Below, piece after piece: positions 8,959-19,347 of a stretch of 64,000 bases of DNA. The number at the start of each line of letters is the position of its first letter. Within the stretch, counting starts at the first letter, position 1. The DNA lies in assembly GCA_965214725.1 (NCBI GenBank), contig OZ243973.1, forward strand, positions 1,166,257-1,230,256. The letters run 5' to 3'. The stretch is from Dehalococcoidia bacterium (GTDB lineage Bacteria; Chloroflexota; Dehalococcoidia; UBA6926). The notes below the pieces were generated by a model. The model made no database searches and was not told the DNA's origin. It saw only the letters and a program-made list of their open reading frames with translations. Made by a program: the position numbers and the translations under genes.

Positions 8959-9501
8959 ATGCGACAACGAGCCGGTTCACTGCCCCTGCGCCTCATCGGG
9001 GTGCTCGTTGCCATCCCGCTTGCGCTGATTGTGGTTGGAATTGTCGCCTTCTCCGGCGGCAACGCCGTGCTCGGCTCCGTCTATTCCGTGCCCGAAAACG
9101 AGATGGAGTTCCCGCACGATCAACACGTCACATCCCTCGCGATCGAGTGCGAATTCTGCCACCGGGCCGCGGACACGTCCCGCACGGCGACGGTGCCCTC
9201 CGTGGAACAGTGCATGTTCTGCCACAAGACGGTTGCGACGAGCAACCCCAACCTTGAGCCGCTTCGGGCGGCATGGGAGTCCGGCGAGCCCCTCGACTGG
9301 GTCCGCCAGCATCGGCTCCCGGATCACACGCAATTCAGGCATGAGCCACACATTACAGCCGGCTTTGAATGCTCGGAATGCCACGGCGACGTCGGCAGTA
9401 TGAGGCAGGTTGAGCAGGTGCGGATTCTCCAGATGGGCGACTGTGTCGCGTGTCACAAGGAGAACAGCGCGCCAACCACATGCTCAACCTGTCACTCATG
9501 A
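8959..9501 (+). CDS. actA: Alternative complex III pentaheme cytochrome c (ActA/QrcA-like)
   Basis: N-terminal TM anchor; five CxxCH motifs (CEFCH, CMFCH, CSECH, CVACH, CSTCH); W.R.HRLPDH..F.H..H. Confidence 0.9.
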   Translation: MRQRAGSLPLRLIGVLVAIPLALIVVGIVAFSGGNAVLGSVYSVPENEMEFPHDQHVTSLAIECEFCHRAADTSRTATVPSVEQCMFCHKTVATSNPNLEPLRAAWESGEPLDWVRQHRLPDHTQFRHEPHITAGFECSECHGDVGSMRQVEQVRILQMGDCVACHKENSAPTTCSTCHS

Positions 9502-9537
9502 GGACGTAGGGAAAGAGAACGGGACGGACAGCGCACG

Positions 9538-11793
9538 ATGGATCTGACGAGACGGGACTTTCTGAGGGTAGCCGGAGCTACGTCTGTAGCCGGCGTCCTC
9601 TTTGCGGGCTGCGCCATCCCGGAACGGGAGATCATCAAGCAGAGCCCGCGTGACCTCCCGGAAGACCTCGCCCAAGGCCTTGAGGATATGTATGCGACGT
9701 CATGCGCGGCCTGCGGGGAAGGGCACGGCATCCTTGTGCGTGTTGCAGAGGGCCGCGCCAAGAAAATCGAGGGTAATCCCGACCACCCGCTCAATCGAGG
9801 TGGTCTGCTGCCCGGCTGCCTTGCCGGCGTGCAGTCCCTGTACCATCCGGACCGTTTCAGCGGCCCGATTGTGGACGGCAACGCCACTACATGGGCGAGC
9901 GGCATGGCGCGTCTGAACACCCTGCTGAATGAGACGGACGCCTCGCGAACACTGCTGATAACCCGCCCGAACCGCGGCCATCTGGGCGCAGTCACGCATG
10001 AGTTTGCACAAGGTTTCGGCATCCGCCACCTGCAGCTGGAGCCGCTTGAGAACGCCGCCATCCGGCAGGCCGCCAAGGATGTCTTTCATCAGGACAGGCT
10101 CCCCTTCTTTGATATTGCCAATGCCGGCTCCGTGCTTTCCATCGGCGCCGAGTTCTTGGAATCGTGGCTCGCCCCCATCCATTACAGCAAGGCGTACGGC
10201 CAATTCCGTCGTGGAGAGGGCAGGGACAGCCGCGGCCTCCACGTCCATGCCGGCACGCGATTCTCGATGACGGCTGCGAATGCGGACACATGGCTCCCAA
10301 TCGCACCGGGACGCGAGGGCATCCTCGCCCTGAGCATCGCCTATGTTCTTGCACATGAGGGCCTTGCCGATCAGGCAACCGTGAGTGCGATGACGAACGG
10401 CTTGGGAGAGGTGGCGCTTGCGCCGTATCGCCCGGAAGCCATTGCTGACCAACTCGGTGCAACCCCCGGCGTCCTGACCGGTAAGATAATCACGGATGTC
10501 GCGCATGATCTCGCATCCCACTCCCCCGCGCTGGTTCTCGTCGGCAGCTCCGCCGCCGCGCAACCGAATGGCCTGTTCAATGCCAGAGCGGGGATGATTC
10601 TGAATGGCGTGTTGGGCAGTATTGGGGGGCCGGGCGGCGTGCATTTCAACCCGCCAACATCCTTGCCTGAGCTGCAGGGCCTGCCGGCTCCAACAACCTA
10701 CGCGGAATGGCGTGACGTGCGGGATCGGCTCTCTCGGGGCGCCATTGATCTCGTGCTTGTTGATGGCGCCAACCCGGTGTATGACCTCGCCAGCCTCAAA
10801 TTTGGGCAGGCGCTCAGCCGCGCCCGCAACGTTGTCAGCTTCTCTGCTGAGCCGAATGAGACGACGGCGATGGCGAACCTTGTCCTGCCCGGCCAGCACT
10901 ATCTGGAATCATGGGGGACAGACGTGCCCGACCCAGGCCCGGGCTATGAGGTCCTCACCGTGCAGCAGCCGGTTGTCGCCACACTCATCGACGAGTCGCG
11001 CAGCCCCGTCCATGACGCTCGGGCGATGGGCGATGTGCTGCTCTCCGTGATGCAGGGACGTGGATTCCAGCGCAAGACACGCGGTGACAGCATGGAAAGC
11101 GTCGTGTTGAATGCGCTGAATTACCTCCATAACACCCACCCCGGCCGCGGCTCCGTTCAGGGCTCCACGCTGGCGGCGTTCAAGACGGGCGTGCTGCAAC
11201 GCGGCGGCTGGTGGAACATCGCCGGGCGCGGTGTGTCAATCTGGGAACGCCCCACAAATTTTGACCTGAGCCCCGGCCTCGCTCCGTTCCCGGAGCGCGT
11301 CGCCGAGCATACAGACCGCTACCATCTTGTGCCGTTCGCAAGCGCCACCGTTGGCGCAGGCGGCGGACACTTGCCGTGGCCACAATCCGCCCCTGACCCG
11401 CTCACGTCCGTTGTGTGGCACAGTTGGGTGGAGGTGAACAGCCGTGAGGCGGCCCGCCGCGGCCTTCGGGATGGCGATCTTGTCGAGTTGGAATCGGACA
11501 GCGGCGCCATCGAGGTTCCCGTCTATCTGCACCCCGGCATCCCGCCGAATGTTGTCGCCGTTCCGTTCGGACGCGGTAGAGCGTTCTCAGGGCGCTACGG
11601 CGAGGACTCCACCGGCAACGTCAACGCCGTCTTGGGGGATGTTGAGGTTGACGAGATGGGATTACAGGCGTGGGGCGCGACAATTGTGAGAATTCGCCCG
11701 CTTGGCCGCCGCATGCGCATGGCGCGCATGGAGGGCGGCTTTACGGGACAACAGCTTGAAGGCACGCACATCATTCAATTGGAGTACACCTAA
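9538..11793 (+). CDS. ACIII molybdopterin-oxidoreductase-like subunit (ActB1), Tat lipoprotein
   Basis: TRRDFLR Tat motif, LFAGC lipobox, GRAKKIEGNPDHPLNRG, LP..HYLESWG, C-terminal molydop-binding domain. Confidence 0.9.
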   Translation: MDLTRRDFLRVAGATSVAGVLFAGCAIPEREIIKQSPRDLPEDLAQGLEDMYATSCAACGEGHGILVRVAEGRAKKIEGNPDHPLNRGGLLPGCLAGVQSLYHPDRFSGPIVDGNATTWASGMARLNTLLNETDASRTLLITRPNRGHLGAVTHEFAQGFGIRHLQLEPLENAAIRQAAKDVFHQDRLPFFDIANAGSVLSIGAEFLESWLAPIHYSKAYGQFRRGEGRDSRGLHVHAGTRFSMTAANADTWLPIAPGREGILALSIAYVLAHEGLADQATVSAMTNGLGEVALAPYRPEAIADQLGATPGVLTGKIITDVAHDLASHSPALVLVGSSAAAQPNGLFNARAGMILNGVLGSIGGPGGVHFNPPTSLPELQGLPAPTTYAEWRDVRDRLSRGAIDLVLVDGANPVYDLASLKFGQALSRARNVVSFSAEPNETTAMANLVLPGQHYLESWGTDVPDPGPGYEVLTVQQPVVATLIDESRSPVHDARAMGDVLLSVMQGRGFQRKTRGDSMESVVLNALNYLHNTHPGRGSVQGSTLAAFKTGVLQRGGWWNIAGRGVSIWERPTNFDLSPGLAPFPERVAEHTDRYHLVPFASATVGAGGGHLPWPQSAPDPLTSVVWHSWVEVNSREAARRGLRDGDLVELESDSGAIEVPVYLHPGIPPNVVAVPFGRGRAFSGRYGEDSTGNVNAVLGDVEVDEMGLQAWGATIVRIRPLGRRMRMARMEGGFTGQQLEGTHIIQLEYT

Positions 11794-11819
11794 GCCGGGA
11801 CGGTGACGGAGACTATGTC

Positions 11820-12557
11820 ATGACAATGTCAGACTACAAATGGGGAATGGCCGTCGATATCGACGCCTGCACAGGCTGCCAGGCATGCGTGATTGCATGC
11901 GCGGCGGAGAACAACCTGCCCATCAACCTGGAGCGTGACTTCGCGGAGCGGCGCGCCATCGCTTGGATTCGCGTCGAGCGCTATTGGGAGGGCGAGTATC
12001 CGAACGTGAAGGCGTATTTCCTGCCGGTGCTGTGCCAGCACTGCGGCAACGCCCCCTGTGAGCCGGTCTGCCCCGTGTATGCCACGTATCACAACCCGGC
12101 CGGCCTGAACGTGCAGGTGTACAACCGGTGCGTTGGCACGCGCTACTGCGCCAACAACTGCCCGTATCACGCCAGGTTCTTCAACTATCGGCGTCCGACA
12201 TGGCCGGACACGTTCCACAACTATCTGAACCCGGATGTGACCGTGCGTGACCGCGGAATCATGGAGAAATGCACCTTCTGCATTCAGCGCATCAATGCGG
12301 CCGTACGCATCGCCAAGCGGACTGGGACGAGCGCGCCCGATCATTTCATGACGGCGTGTGAGCAGGCCTGCCCGGCGGATGCGTTGACGTTCGGCAACCT
12401 CAATGACCCGAACAGCCGCGTCTCGCAGCTGTTCGCCGATGAATCACGCGCGTATAAGCTGCAAGACGCCGTTGGGACGGAGCCGAATGTCCGCTACCTG
12501 AAGGGTGTGGCAACATCCAAGGCAGGATCGGACGAGATGGCGGCAGCCGCGCACTAG
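11820..12557 (+). CDS. ACIII 4Fe-4S subunit (ActB2/NrfC-like)
   Basis: CTGCQACVIAC, CQHCGNAPCEPVCP, CVGTRYCANNCPY, EKCTFCIQRI. Confidence 0.95.
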   Translation: MTMSDYKWGMAVDIDACTGCQACVIACAAENNLPINLERDFAERRAIAWIRVERYWEGEYPNVKAYFLPVLCQHCGNAPCEPVCPVYATYHNPAGLNVQVYNRCVGTRYCANNCPYHARFFNYRRPTWPDTFHNYLNPDVTVRDRGIMEKCTFCIQRINAAVRIAKRTGTSAPDHFMTACEQACPADALTFGNLNDPNSRVSQLFADESRAYKLQDAVGTEPNVRYLKGVATSKAGSDEMAAAAH

Positions 12558-12622
12558 GCAGATAACAACGACAACGACAGCACACAGATAGACCAAGACG
12601 CGAGCCAGCAACAGAGGAGAGA

Positions 12623-14026
12623 ATGCACAACGGCCACACTGAACACGAGGCGCCCGGGCCTCCCGCGACACAGGAGGAGCTGACACAAGAGCTCATCCAT
12701 GACGCGCGGGTGACCGGCCCGACGCTGCGCCGCGCGATGTGGATTCTCGCCGTGATCGCCACACTCGGCGTTGTGGCGGCCGTGATTATGATGCTGGGCG
12801 GCCTGGATGACCATACGCGATGGAAGTACTATGCCGTCGCCTACTTCTATGTGTTCTCTCTTGTCATGGGCATCCCCATGGCCGGCATCGGCCTGCGGTT
12901 CGCGCGAGCGCAATGGCGGCGCCCCACAAGCCGGGCGGCGGAATTGTTCGCGCTTGCCGGCCCCGTGATGCTGCTCTTCTTCCTGCCCATCATGGCGGCG
13001 CACCCCGGCCTTGAGGGCCGAAACAGCCTCTGGATGGATTGGCGGCTCGGCCCATGGTTCCCGGACTTGGTCATGCTGACGGCATTTGTCGGCATCGGCC
13101 TCGCATTCGTCTATGCATCCGTGCTGCCAGACCTGGCTGCAGTCCGTGATCACGGCAGCGGACGCTCTCGCGGCATTGCGGCCTCGCTCGCATACGGCTG
13201 GATCGGCACGGCACAGCAATGGGCCATGCACAAGTCCGCGCTCGGAATACTGGGCGCGATGTACATCGCCGCCTATGCCACAACTCATATGGTCTTCGCG
13301 ACAGATTTCGCAATGGTGCTCACACCCGGCTGGAAAGACCCCATCTTCCCCGCGTTCCATGCCGTAACCGGCCTGCAGATGGGGCTCGGCCTCTTCATCG
13401 TTGTCCAATTCGCGCTCCGCAAGTGGGGCGGGCTGGCGCGCTACTTTGAGCTGGAGCAATTCTGGGCATACGGCCGTCTGCTGCTCGCGCTGACGCTGTT
13501 CTGGTTCTATTTCTTCTGGAGCGGGTTCATCCTGTTCTGGTACGGGCGCCTGCCGCATGAGCAGCAGATTATTGCGCTGCTCGCATTCGGAGACCCGGCC
13601 GTGGAGAACCTGCTCGCGCGTCCACAACTCTGGATGTTTGGAGGCGCTATCGGCCTGTCATTCATCACAGCATTCCTACTCATCATGTGGAACCCGGTCC
13701 GGCGCAGCATCCTTGGCCCGGCAATTGTCGGAGTGATTATCATCATCGGCAACTTCTTTGACCGGCTCCGCATCTACGTCAATACGTGGTCAATTGAGCA
13801 GGTTGGCGGCCATGAGCTGCACGAGATACCCCACAATATAGGCTACCCGGGCGTCCTCGAGGTTCTGGTGCTCGTAGGGATGCTGTCCGGGGTGGCCCTG
13901 TTGATTCTATTGGCGTCACGCGTGGTGCCGTTTGTGTCCCTGTGGGAGACGCGAGAGGCGCTGCTGCTGCGCGTGGTGCGTCCATTCGGTGTCGGACATG
14001 CGCACGTTGTGGCGAAGCCGGACTAG
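12623..14026 (+). CDS. NrfD-like membrane subunit (ActF-like)
   Basis: About 10 TM segments; ARAQWRRPTSRAAE; position within operon. Confidence 0.8.
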   Translation: MHNGHTEHEAPGPPATQEELTQELIHDARVTGPTLRRAMWILAVIATLGVVAAVIMMLGGLDDHTRWKYYAVAYFYVFSLVMGIPMAGIGLRFARAQWRRPTSRAAELFALAGPVMLLFFLPIMAAHPGLEGRNSLWMDWRLGPWFPDLVMLTAFVGIGLAFVYASVLPDLAAVRDHGSGRSRGIAASLAYGWIGTAQQWAMHKSALGILGAMYIAAYATTHMVFATDFAMVLTPGWKDPIFPAFHAVTGLQMGLGLFIVVQFALRKWGGLARYFELEQFWAYGRLLLALTLFWFYFFWSGFILFWYGRLPHEQQIIALLAFGDPAVENLLARPQLWMFGGAIGLSFITAFLLIMWNPVRRSILGPAIVGVIIIIGNFFDRLRIYVNTWSIEQVGGHELHEIPHNIGYPGVLEVLVLVGMLSGVALLILLASRVVPFVSLWETREALLLRVVRPFGVGHAHVVAKPD

Positions 14027-14041
14027 CGGAGAAACGGAGTT

Positions 14042-15433
14042 ATGCAAGATCGACCGGTCCTGACGGCTAGCCAGATCAACGATGAGTTGCTCTGGCCGGT
14101 CTTTGAGCTGCGGAGAAGGCATGTGCTTGCCTTCCTGCCGCCGTTCATCCTTGTCATGGCCGGCGCCGTCGCCGTGACAATCCTTGTCTGGCAAGGACTC
14201 TGGATCACAGGCCTGCAGCGCCCGGCGTTCTGGGGCTTCTTCATCGTCAACTTCGTGTTCTGGATTGGTGTGAGCCACGCCGGAACGATGATCTCGTCGA
14301 TTCTCCGGCTCACGCAGGCGGAATGGAAACGTCCCATTACACGCGCGGCGGAGGTGATGACGGTCTTTGCCCTCGTCACATCCCTTATCCACCCCGTGAT
14401 CCACGCAGGGCGGCCATGGCGCATCATCTACTGGCTCCTGCCGTATGACTTCTCGCGCGGCGTCTGGCCGGATGTCCGCTCCCCGCTCGTCTGGGACCCC
14501 GTCGCTATTACGACATACCTGACCGGCAGCATCCTCTTTGTGTTCACGGCGTTGATTCCTGACTTTGCGATTATCCGCGACCAGAGCACGGGCATGCGCC
14601 GGACGATCTATGGCGCGTTGGCGATGGGCTGGCGCGGCACGCCGCGGCAATGGCAGCTGCAGGGCATCTTCGGCATCCTCATGTCCGCCCTGATCCTGCC
14701 CGTCTTCGTCTCCGTCCACAGCATCGTGTCATGGGACTTCGCGGCGTCCGTGGTGCCGGCGTGGCACGTCACGGTCTATGCCCCCTACTTCGTCATCGGC
14801 GCAGTCCATTCCGGCGTCTCGATGGTGTTGACGCTCATGGCGTTCATGCGCTGGATCTTCAAGCTGGAGAACTTCATCTGGGAAGACCACTTTGATGCCG
14901 TCGGCCGGCTTTTGATCTTCATCGCGACGGCGTGGCTGTTCTTCTTCTTCTTGGACTTCGCCTTCTCCTTCTACACACGGGAAGAGCAGGAGATTGCGGT
15001 GATGGAACGCCGCCTGCTGGAGTGGCCGTTCAACGCCATCACCATCATCATGGTGATGACCTCATACGTGATACCGATACCGTTATGGTTGAACAGAAAG
15101 GTCCGCCGGAACATCGCCTTGATGTTCTGGACGTCGATCCTGGTCAACATCGGCATGTGGTTGGAGAGGTTCTTCCTCATCATCCCGGCCATTGAACGGA
15201 AACAGGAGCTGACATTCTTATGGTCGAACTATGTCCCGAGTTTGACGGAGAGCGTGATAGTGCTCGCCTCATTCGGGATGGTGTCAATGCTGCTTGTCAT
15301 CTTTGCCAAGGTTGTGCCCCTTGTGCCCGCATGGGAACAGAAGGAGGGGCAGGTCTTCCGGTCTGAGATTCAGATTGGCGAGGTAACGGTGCCGGCCATC
15401 GTGAGAGAATCAGAAGAGCCGCGGGCCTGGTGA
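14042..15433 (+). CDS. actC: ACIII quinol-binding NrfD subunit ActC
   Basis: WGFFIVNFVFWIGVSHAGT.IS, H.GRPW, SPLVWD, VHSIVSWDFA, GMWLERF. Confidence 0.93.
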   Translation: MQDRPVLTASQINDELLWPVFELRRRHVLAFLPPFILVMAGAVAVTILVWQGLWITGLQRPAFWGFFIVNFVFWIGVSHAGTMISSILRLTQAEWKRPITRAAEVMTVFALVTSLIHPVIHAGRPWRIIYWLLPYDFSRGVWPDVRSPLVWDPVAITTYLTGSILFVFTALIPDFAIIRDQSTGMRRTIYGALAMGWRGTPRQWQLQGIFGILMSALILPVFVSVHSIVSWDFAASVVPAWHVTVYAPYFVIGAVHSGVSMVLTLMAFMRWIFKLENFIWEDHFDAVGRLLIFIATAWLFFFFLDFAFSFYTREEQEIAVMERRLLEWPFNAITIIMVMTSYVIPIPLWLNRKVRRNIALMFWTSILVNIGMWLERFFLIIPAIERKQELTFLWSNYVPSLTESVIVLASFGMVSMLLVIFAKVVPLVPAWEQKEGQVFRSEIQIGEVTVPAIVRESEEPRAW

Positions 15434-15456
15434 CCCGCGCATTGGGAGCGGATGTA

Positions 15457-15975
15457 ATGGCAAACCAGAGTGTTCTTGGCTTGTATAGCGATGCGGACTC
15501 CGCAGCGGAGGCGGCGCGCAGCCTCAGGGCGGCCGGCTTCACCAGTGACGATTACGAGGTGATGACCGGCAACCCCTACCCGGAGGGCGCGTTCGGGGAG
15601 CACATCAAGAAGAATAAGCTCTTCCGGTTCTCCCTCTTCGGCGCCTTCATCGGGTTTGTCACCGCCTTCCTGTTCGTCTTCGCCACGCAGACCGCCTTCC
15701 CGTTGGTCACCGGCGGCAAGCCCATCCTCGCCATCCCCGCGAGCATGATCATCATCTATGAGTTCACACTGCTCGTGGCCATGATCTTCACGGTCATTGG
15801 CGTCATCTTTGAGAGCCGTCTTCCACGCCCCGGCGGCGCAGGCCCCCTGTATGACGCGCGCATCACACTCGGCTACATCGGCCTCCTCGTCACCGTGGAT
15901 GAATCCAGAATCTCCAACGCCCACCAAGCGTTGCAGAGCGGCGGCGCAGCGGACGTTATCAGCGAGCCCGCCTAG
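15457..15975 (+). CDS. actD: ACIII subunit ActD (DUF3341)
   Basis: PYP, PLVTGGKP, II.YEFTLL.A motifs. Confidence 0.88.
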   Translation: MANQSVLGLYSDADSAAEAARSLRAAGFTSDDYEVMTGNPYPEGAFGEHIKKNKLFRFSLFGAFIGFVTAFLFVFATQTAFPLVTGGKPILAIPASMIIIYEFTLLVAMIFTVIGVIFESRLPRPGGAGPLYDARITLGYIGLLVTVDESRISNAHQALQSGGAADVISEPA

Positions 15976-16028
15976 ACAAGAGACACATGAGCCACTGAAC
16001 GCACGTACAGAGACAGCGATACGACACC

Positions 16029-16694
16029 GTGATACAGAGAACAGCACGCACGATTCTTAGGCGACCGACGCGCCGCGCCGGCCTGATGGCCCTCGCGCTG
16101 ATGGCCGTTGCCGTTCTTGCATTGACCGGCTGTTCAACCGGCGCCTATGAGGTCGACTACTTCCAGGAGATGCACTACTCACCGGCGGTGCGCAAGCAGG
16201 AAGGGCCGTCCATGTCCATCAGGCCGGGCACGGTGGCATACAACAGCGGCGGCGCGCCGGAGGATCAACTCAACGCGGACCAACGGCTCGAGCACTATGA
16301 CCTCATGTCCGATGACGCTCTGGGCGCCATTGAGCAGATTCCGATTGTCGTCACGACAGGGATTGAGGAGTATGGAAATACCATCTTCCAGCGCAACTGC
16401 GCCATGTGCCACGGCGCGGCAGGGGACGGTGAAGGACTCCTGCAAGTAACCATCGCGTTCGAGGCGGCCGGTGTTGAGACCCCGGCGAACCTTGCCGGGG
16501 ACGAAACGCAGGAGCGGACCGTCGGCGATCTCTATCGCATCATCAGCCGCGGTGAAGGAGAATTCCCAGCGCCCGCGTGGTCGGACACACCCTCGGCATG
16601 GGACGGAACGACGAACATGCCGGCCTTCGCCCAACTGCTCTCCCCCGCAGACCGCTGGATGCTAGTAGCCCACATCCGCACCCTAGACGAGTAG
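16029..16694 (+). CDS. actE: ACIII monoheme cytochrome c lipoprotein ActE
   Basis: LTGC lipobox, EMHYSPAV..QE, CAMCHG..GDG.G, MPAF...LS..DRW. Confidence 0.88.
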   Translation: MIQRTARTILRRPTRRAGLMALALMAVAVLALTGCSTGAYEVDYFQEMHYSPAVRKQEGPSMSIRPGTVAYNSGGAPEDQLNADQRLEHYDLMSDDALGAIEQIPIVVTTGIEEYGNTIFQRNCAMCHGAAGDGEGLLQVTIAFEAAGVETPANLAGDETQERTVGDLYRIISRGEGEFPAPAWSDTPSAWDGTTNMPAFAQLLSPADRWMLVAHIRTLDE

Positions 16695-16823
16695 CTCCGG
16701 AAGGTAGGGCGCCTCAGTACAGGAGGCGATCTCCACAGCCACCACAGTAGGTGGCCCGCGGCCCCGCCCGACGAACCGGCTCGACTTTTTGTTCCTATTT
16801 GTGCGCCTCCCCCCCGCGCCTTT

Positions 16824-18236
16824 CTACCCGCGTGGGGGTTGGGCGGCTTCTGCCATGCGCGTTTGGAGGGCGGCCAGCGCAGGGGAGATCTCGACCGGGT
16901 AGGCGGCCGCGCTGGTGAGCGCTTTCACATCCTCCGGCAGCGCGGCGAAGCCCCGCTGGAAGAGGTTACGGGACTCGTCAAGCGTGGGGTGGGGCCGCAG
17001 GGCGCGGCCCTCTTGCATGACGTCTTCTAGCAGTGAGGCCGCGGCGTCAGGTGGGGGCGCGTCTGCCATGGCGATCACGTCGCGCGCGTAGCCGCCCGCA
17101 TCGTCTTCGTAGCGGTAGATCTGCTTGCGGCCCGGCAGTGTTTCCTTGCCGACGCTCAGTTTGAGGACGGGCTCGCCGGCGTACTCCACCAGCTTGTAGA
17201 CGGAATCCGTCCAGGGGGCGTCGGCGGAGGAGCCGATGCGTGTCCCCACACCAAAGCCGGCGATGGGCGCGCCATCTCGCAGCAGGCTATCGATGACGAA
17301 TTCATCCAGCTCCCCGCTCGCGACGATGTCCACGTCCTCGAGGCCGGCCCCGTCCAGCATGGCGCGAATCCGGCGTGACAGGTTGAGCAGGTCACCGCTG
17401 TCGAGCCGCACCGCGCCGAGCTTGTGTCCCGTCTCTTTCATTTCGAGGGCGACGGTGATGGCGTTGCGGGCTCCCTCGATGGGGTCATAGGTATCGATGA
17501 GGAATGTGGAGGCGTCCGGGAATGAACGGGCGAAGGCGCGGAAGGCATCGAGCTCTGTGGGGAATGATCCGACAAAGGAGTGCGCCATGGTGCCCATGGG
17601 GGTGATGCCGTGTTGGGCGGCGGCAAGAACGTTGCCCGTGCCGGCAAAGCCGGTGAGGGAGCCGACGCGCGCCATCTGCCCGGCGGCATCTATACCGGGC
17701 GCGCGCCGTGATCCGTAATAGGTCACGGGCCGGCCGCGCGCAGCGTGCATGACACGCGCAGCCTTGGTGGCCAGCATGGTCTGCAGGCTGACTCTGTTGA
17801 TGACATAATTCTCGAGAATCTGGCACTCGATGATGGGACCGGAGATCTCCATGACCGGCTCATCGGCAAAGAAGATCTCGCCCTCGCGCATCGCGCGGAC
17901 ACTCCCCGTGAAACGCAGATTCGCGAGGAACTCCAGAAAGCCGTCATCAAAGCGCCCTAACGATCTGAGATAGCCGATGTCAGCATCGGTGAATCGGAAA
18001 TCTGTCAGGTAATTGAGGATGTCATGCACGCCCGCCAGCACAAAGTAGGAGCGGTTGGGCGGGAACCGCCGGATGAAGAGGCTGAAGGTGGCCGTATTGT
18101 GGGCATTGCCGCTCTGCCACCATGCCTGGGACATGGTCAATTCATAGAGGGCGGTGAAGATGGCGAGGCTGTGGCCGGAGGAATCCTCTGCGCCGCGTGT
18201 GGACATCGCTCCGCCCGGTCGCGCCGCCATGTTCAT
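16824..18236 (-). CDS. pncB: Nicotinate phosphoribosyltransferase (divergent)
   Basis: LYELTM, GTMAHS, LIDTYD, VRLDSGDL, GVGT, VYKLVEY, K.TLPGRKQ. Confidence 0.88.
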   Translation of the reverse strand: MNMAARPGGAMSTRGAEDSSGHSLAIFTALYELTMSQAWWQSGNAHNTATFSLFIRRFPPNRSYFVLAGVHDILNYLTDFRFTDADIGYLRSLGRFDDGFLEFLANLRFTGSVRAMREGEIFFADEPVMEISGPIIECQILENYVINRVSLQTMLATKAARVMHAARGRPVTYYGSRRAPGIDAAGQMARVGSLTGFAGTGNVLAAAQHGITPMGTMAHSFVGSFPTELDAFRAFARSFPDASTFLIDTYDPIEGARNAITVALEMKETGHKLGAVRLDSGDLLNLSRRIRAMLDGAGLEDVDIVASGELDEFVIDSLLRDGAPIAGFGVGTRIGSSADAPWTDSVYKLVEYAGEPVLKLSVGKETLPGRKQIYRYEDDAGGYARDVIAMADAPPPDAAASLLEDVMQEGRALRPHPTLDESRNLFQRGFAALPEDVKALTSAAAYPVEISPALAALQTRMAEAAQPPRG

Positions 18237-18305
18237 GCGTGTTGGCCTCCCGCGAACTTGTTCTGTGCGTGCGGCAGCTGTGTTCTCCTGACCTACAGTC
18301 GTCCG

Positions 18306-19256
18306 TTATGGCTGCCCCGTGAATACGATAACGCAGCGTCCGCGCGTGCCGCCCGCCTCAAGCCGCGCATGTGCCGCCGCGGCCTCCTCCGGCGGATATG
18401 TGCCGGCGACGCGCAGCGTCAGTGTGCCATCTTCGACCTGCTCCCGCAGCGTGGTGAGCAGATCGGCGCGGTGATCGTAGGTTGGCACCATTGTGCGGTG
18501 AAAGGTGATGCCGCGCTCTCCCGTGCCTGTCCAGCCGCGCACGGAGGCGAATCCGCCGCCGTCACGAACAGCCGATACAACCAGCTCCGATTGTACTGCG
18601 CCGTCCGCAAGACCATCGACACCACCCTGTGCAGCGTCACGGATGCGCTCGGCGACATCATCGCCGCGTCGCACGATGACATCGGCGCCGAGGCTGGCGA
18701 CGAGCTGCTCGTCCGCCTCAGATGCATCGGCGATGACACGCAGCCCCTCGGCCTTGGCGAGTTGGACAACATAGCCGCCATAGCACCCCGCCGCGCCCGT
18801 CACGGCGATGGTTTGACCGGGGCGGAGGGCGAGTTGGTCGAGTGTCTGTCGCGCAGTCAGGCCGTTCATGGGCAGTGTGCATGCCTCACTGTGCGTTGTG
18901 CCGGCCGGCGCGCGGGTGACGGCGTCCACCGCGACCACGATGCTCTCACGGTACGCGCCGTGGCTCGCGTTCGGGACCACCATCGCTATCACGGCATCAC
19001 CCACAGCGAGGTCGGTATCCGTGTCCGGGCCGATTTCATCGATGATGCCGGCGAGGTCCATGCCGGGGACGTATGGCGCCGGAATGTCTGCAAGCATGGC
19101 GGCACGGGAGCCGTTGCGCAGCATGGTGTCCGTGGGATTCACGGCGGCGGCGTGCACACGGATGCGCACCTCGCCGGTTCCGGCGTGCGTCTCCGGAAGG
19201 TCGACAACCTGCAGCGCCTCCGGCCCTCCAAACTCAATGACACCAACTCCACGCAT
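18306..19256 (-). CDS. NADP-dependent oxidoreductase (MDR/quinone reductase family)
   Basis: FGGPEAL, AAVNPTD, VPGMDLAG, VTGAAGCYGG. Confidence 0.9.
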   Translation of the reverse strand: MRGVGVIEFGGPEALQVVDLPETHAGTGEVRIRVHAAAVNPTDTMLRNGSRAAMLADIPAPYVPGMDLAGIIDEIGPDTDTDLAVGDAVIAMVVPNASHGAYRESIVVAVDAVTRAPAGTTHSEACTLPMNGLTARQTLDQLALRPGQTIAVTGAAGCYGGYVVQLAKAEGLRVIADASEADEQLVASLGADVIVRRGDDVAERIRDAAQGGVDGLADGAVQSELVVSAVRDGGGFASVRGWTGTGERGITFHRTMVPTYDHRADLLTTLREQVEDGTLTLRVAGTYPPEEAAAAHARLEAGGTRGRCVIVFTGQP

Positions 19257-19347
19257 GCCGCAGCCTCCTCAGTTGTCCTGACGTGATGTGCTTATACGGC
19301 GCCGGGCGTGTGCACCGACGCAATGGGTCTATCGGCAAGAGCTCCGA

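Noticed and set aside
9538-15433. Catalytic Mo enzyme such as polysulfide or DMSO reductase
   Set aside because: Pentaheme, DUF3341 and monoheme partners identify alternative complex III; the FeS motif of the large subunit is degenerate.
18024-19286. Long plus-strand ORF (also 9700-10899, 29849-30991 and similar)
   Set aside because: Antisense shadows of well-supported genes, expected at high GC.
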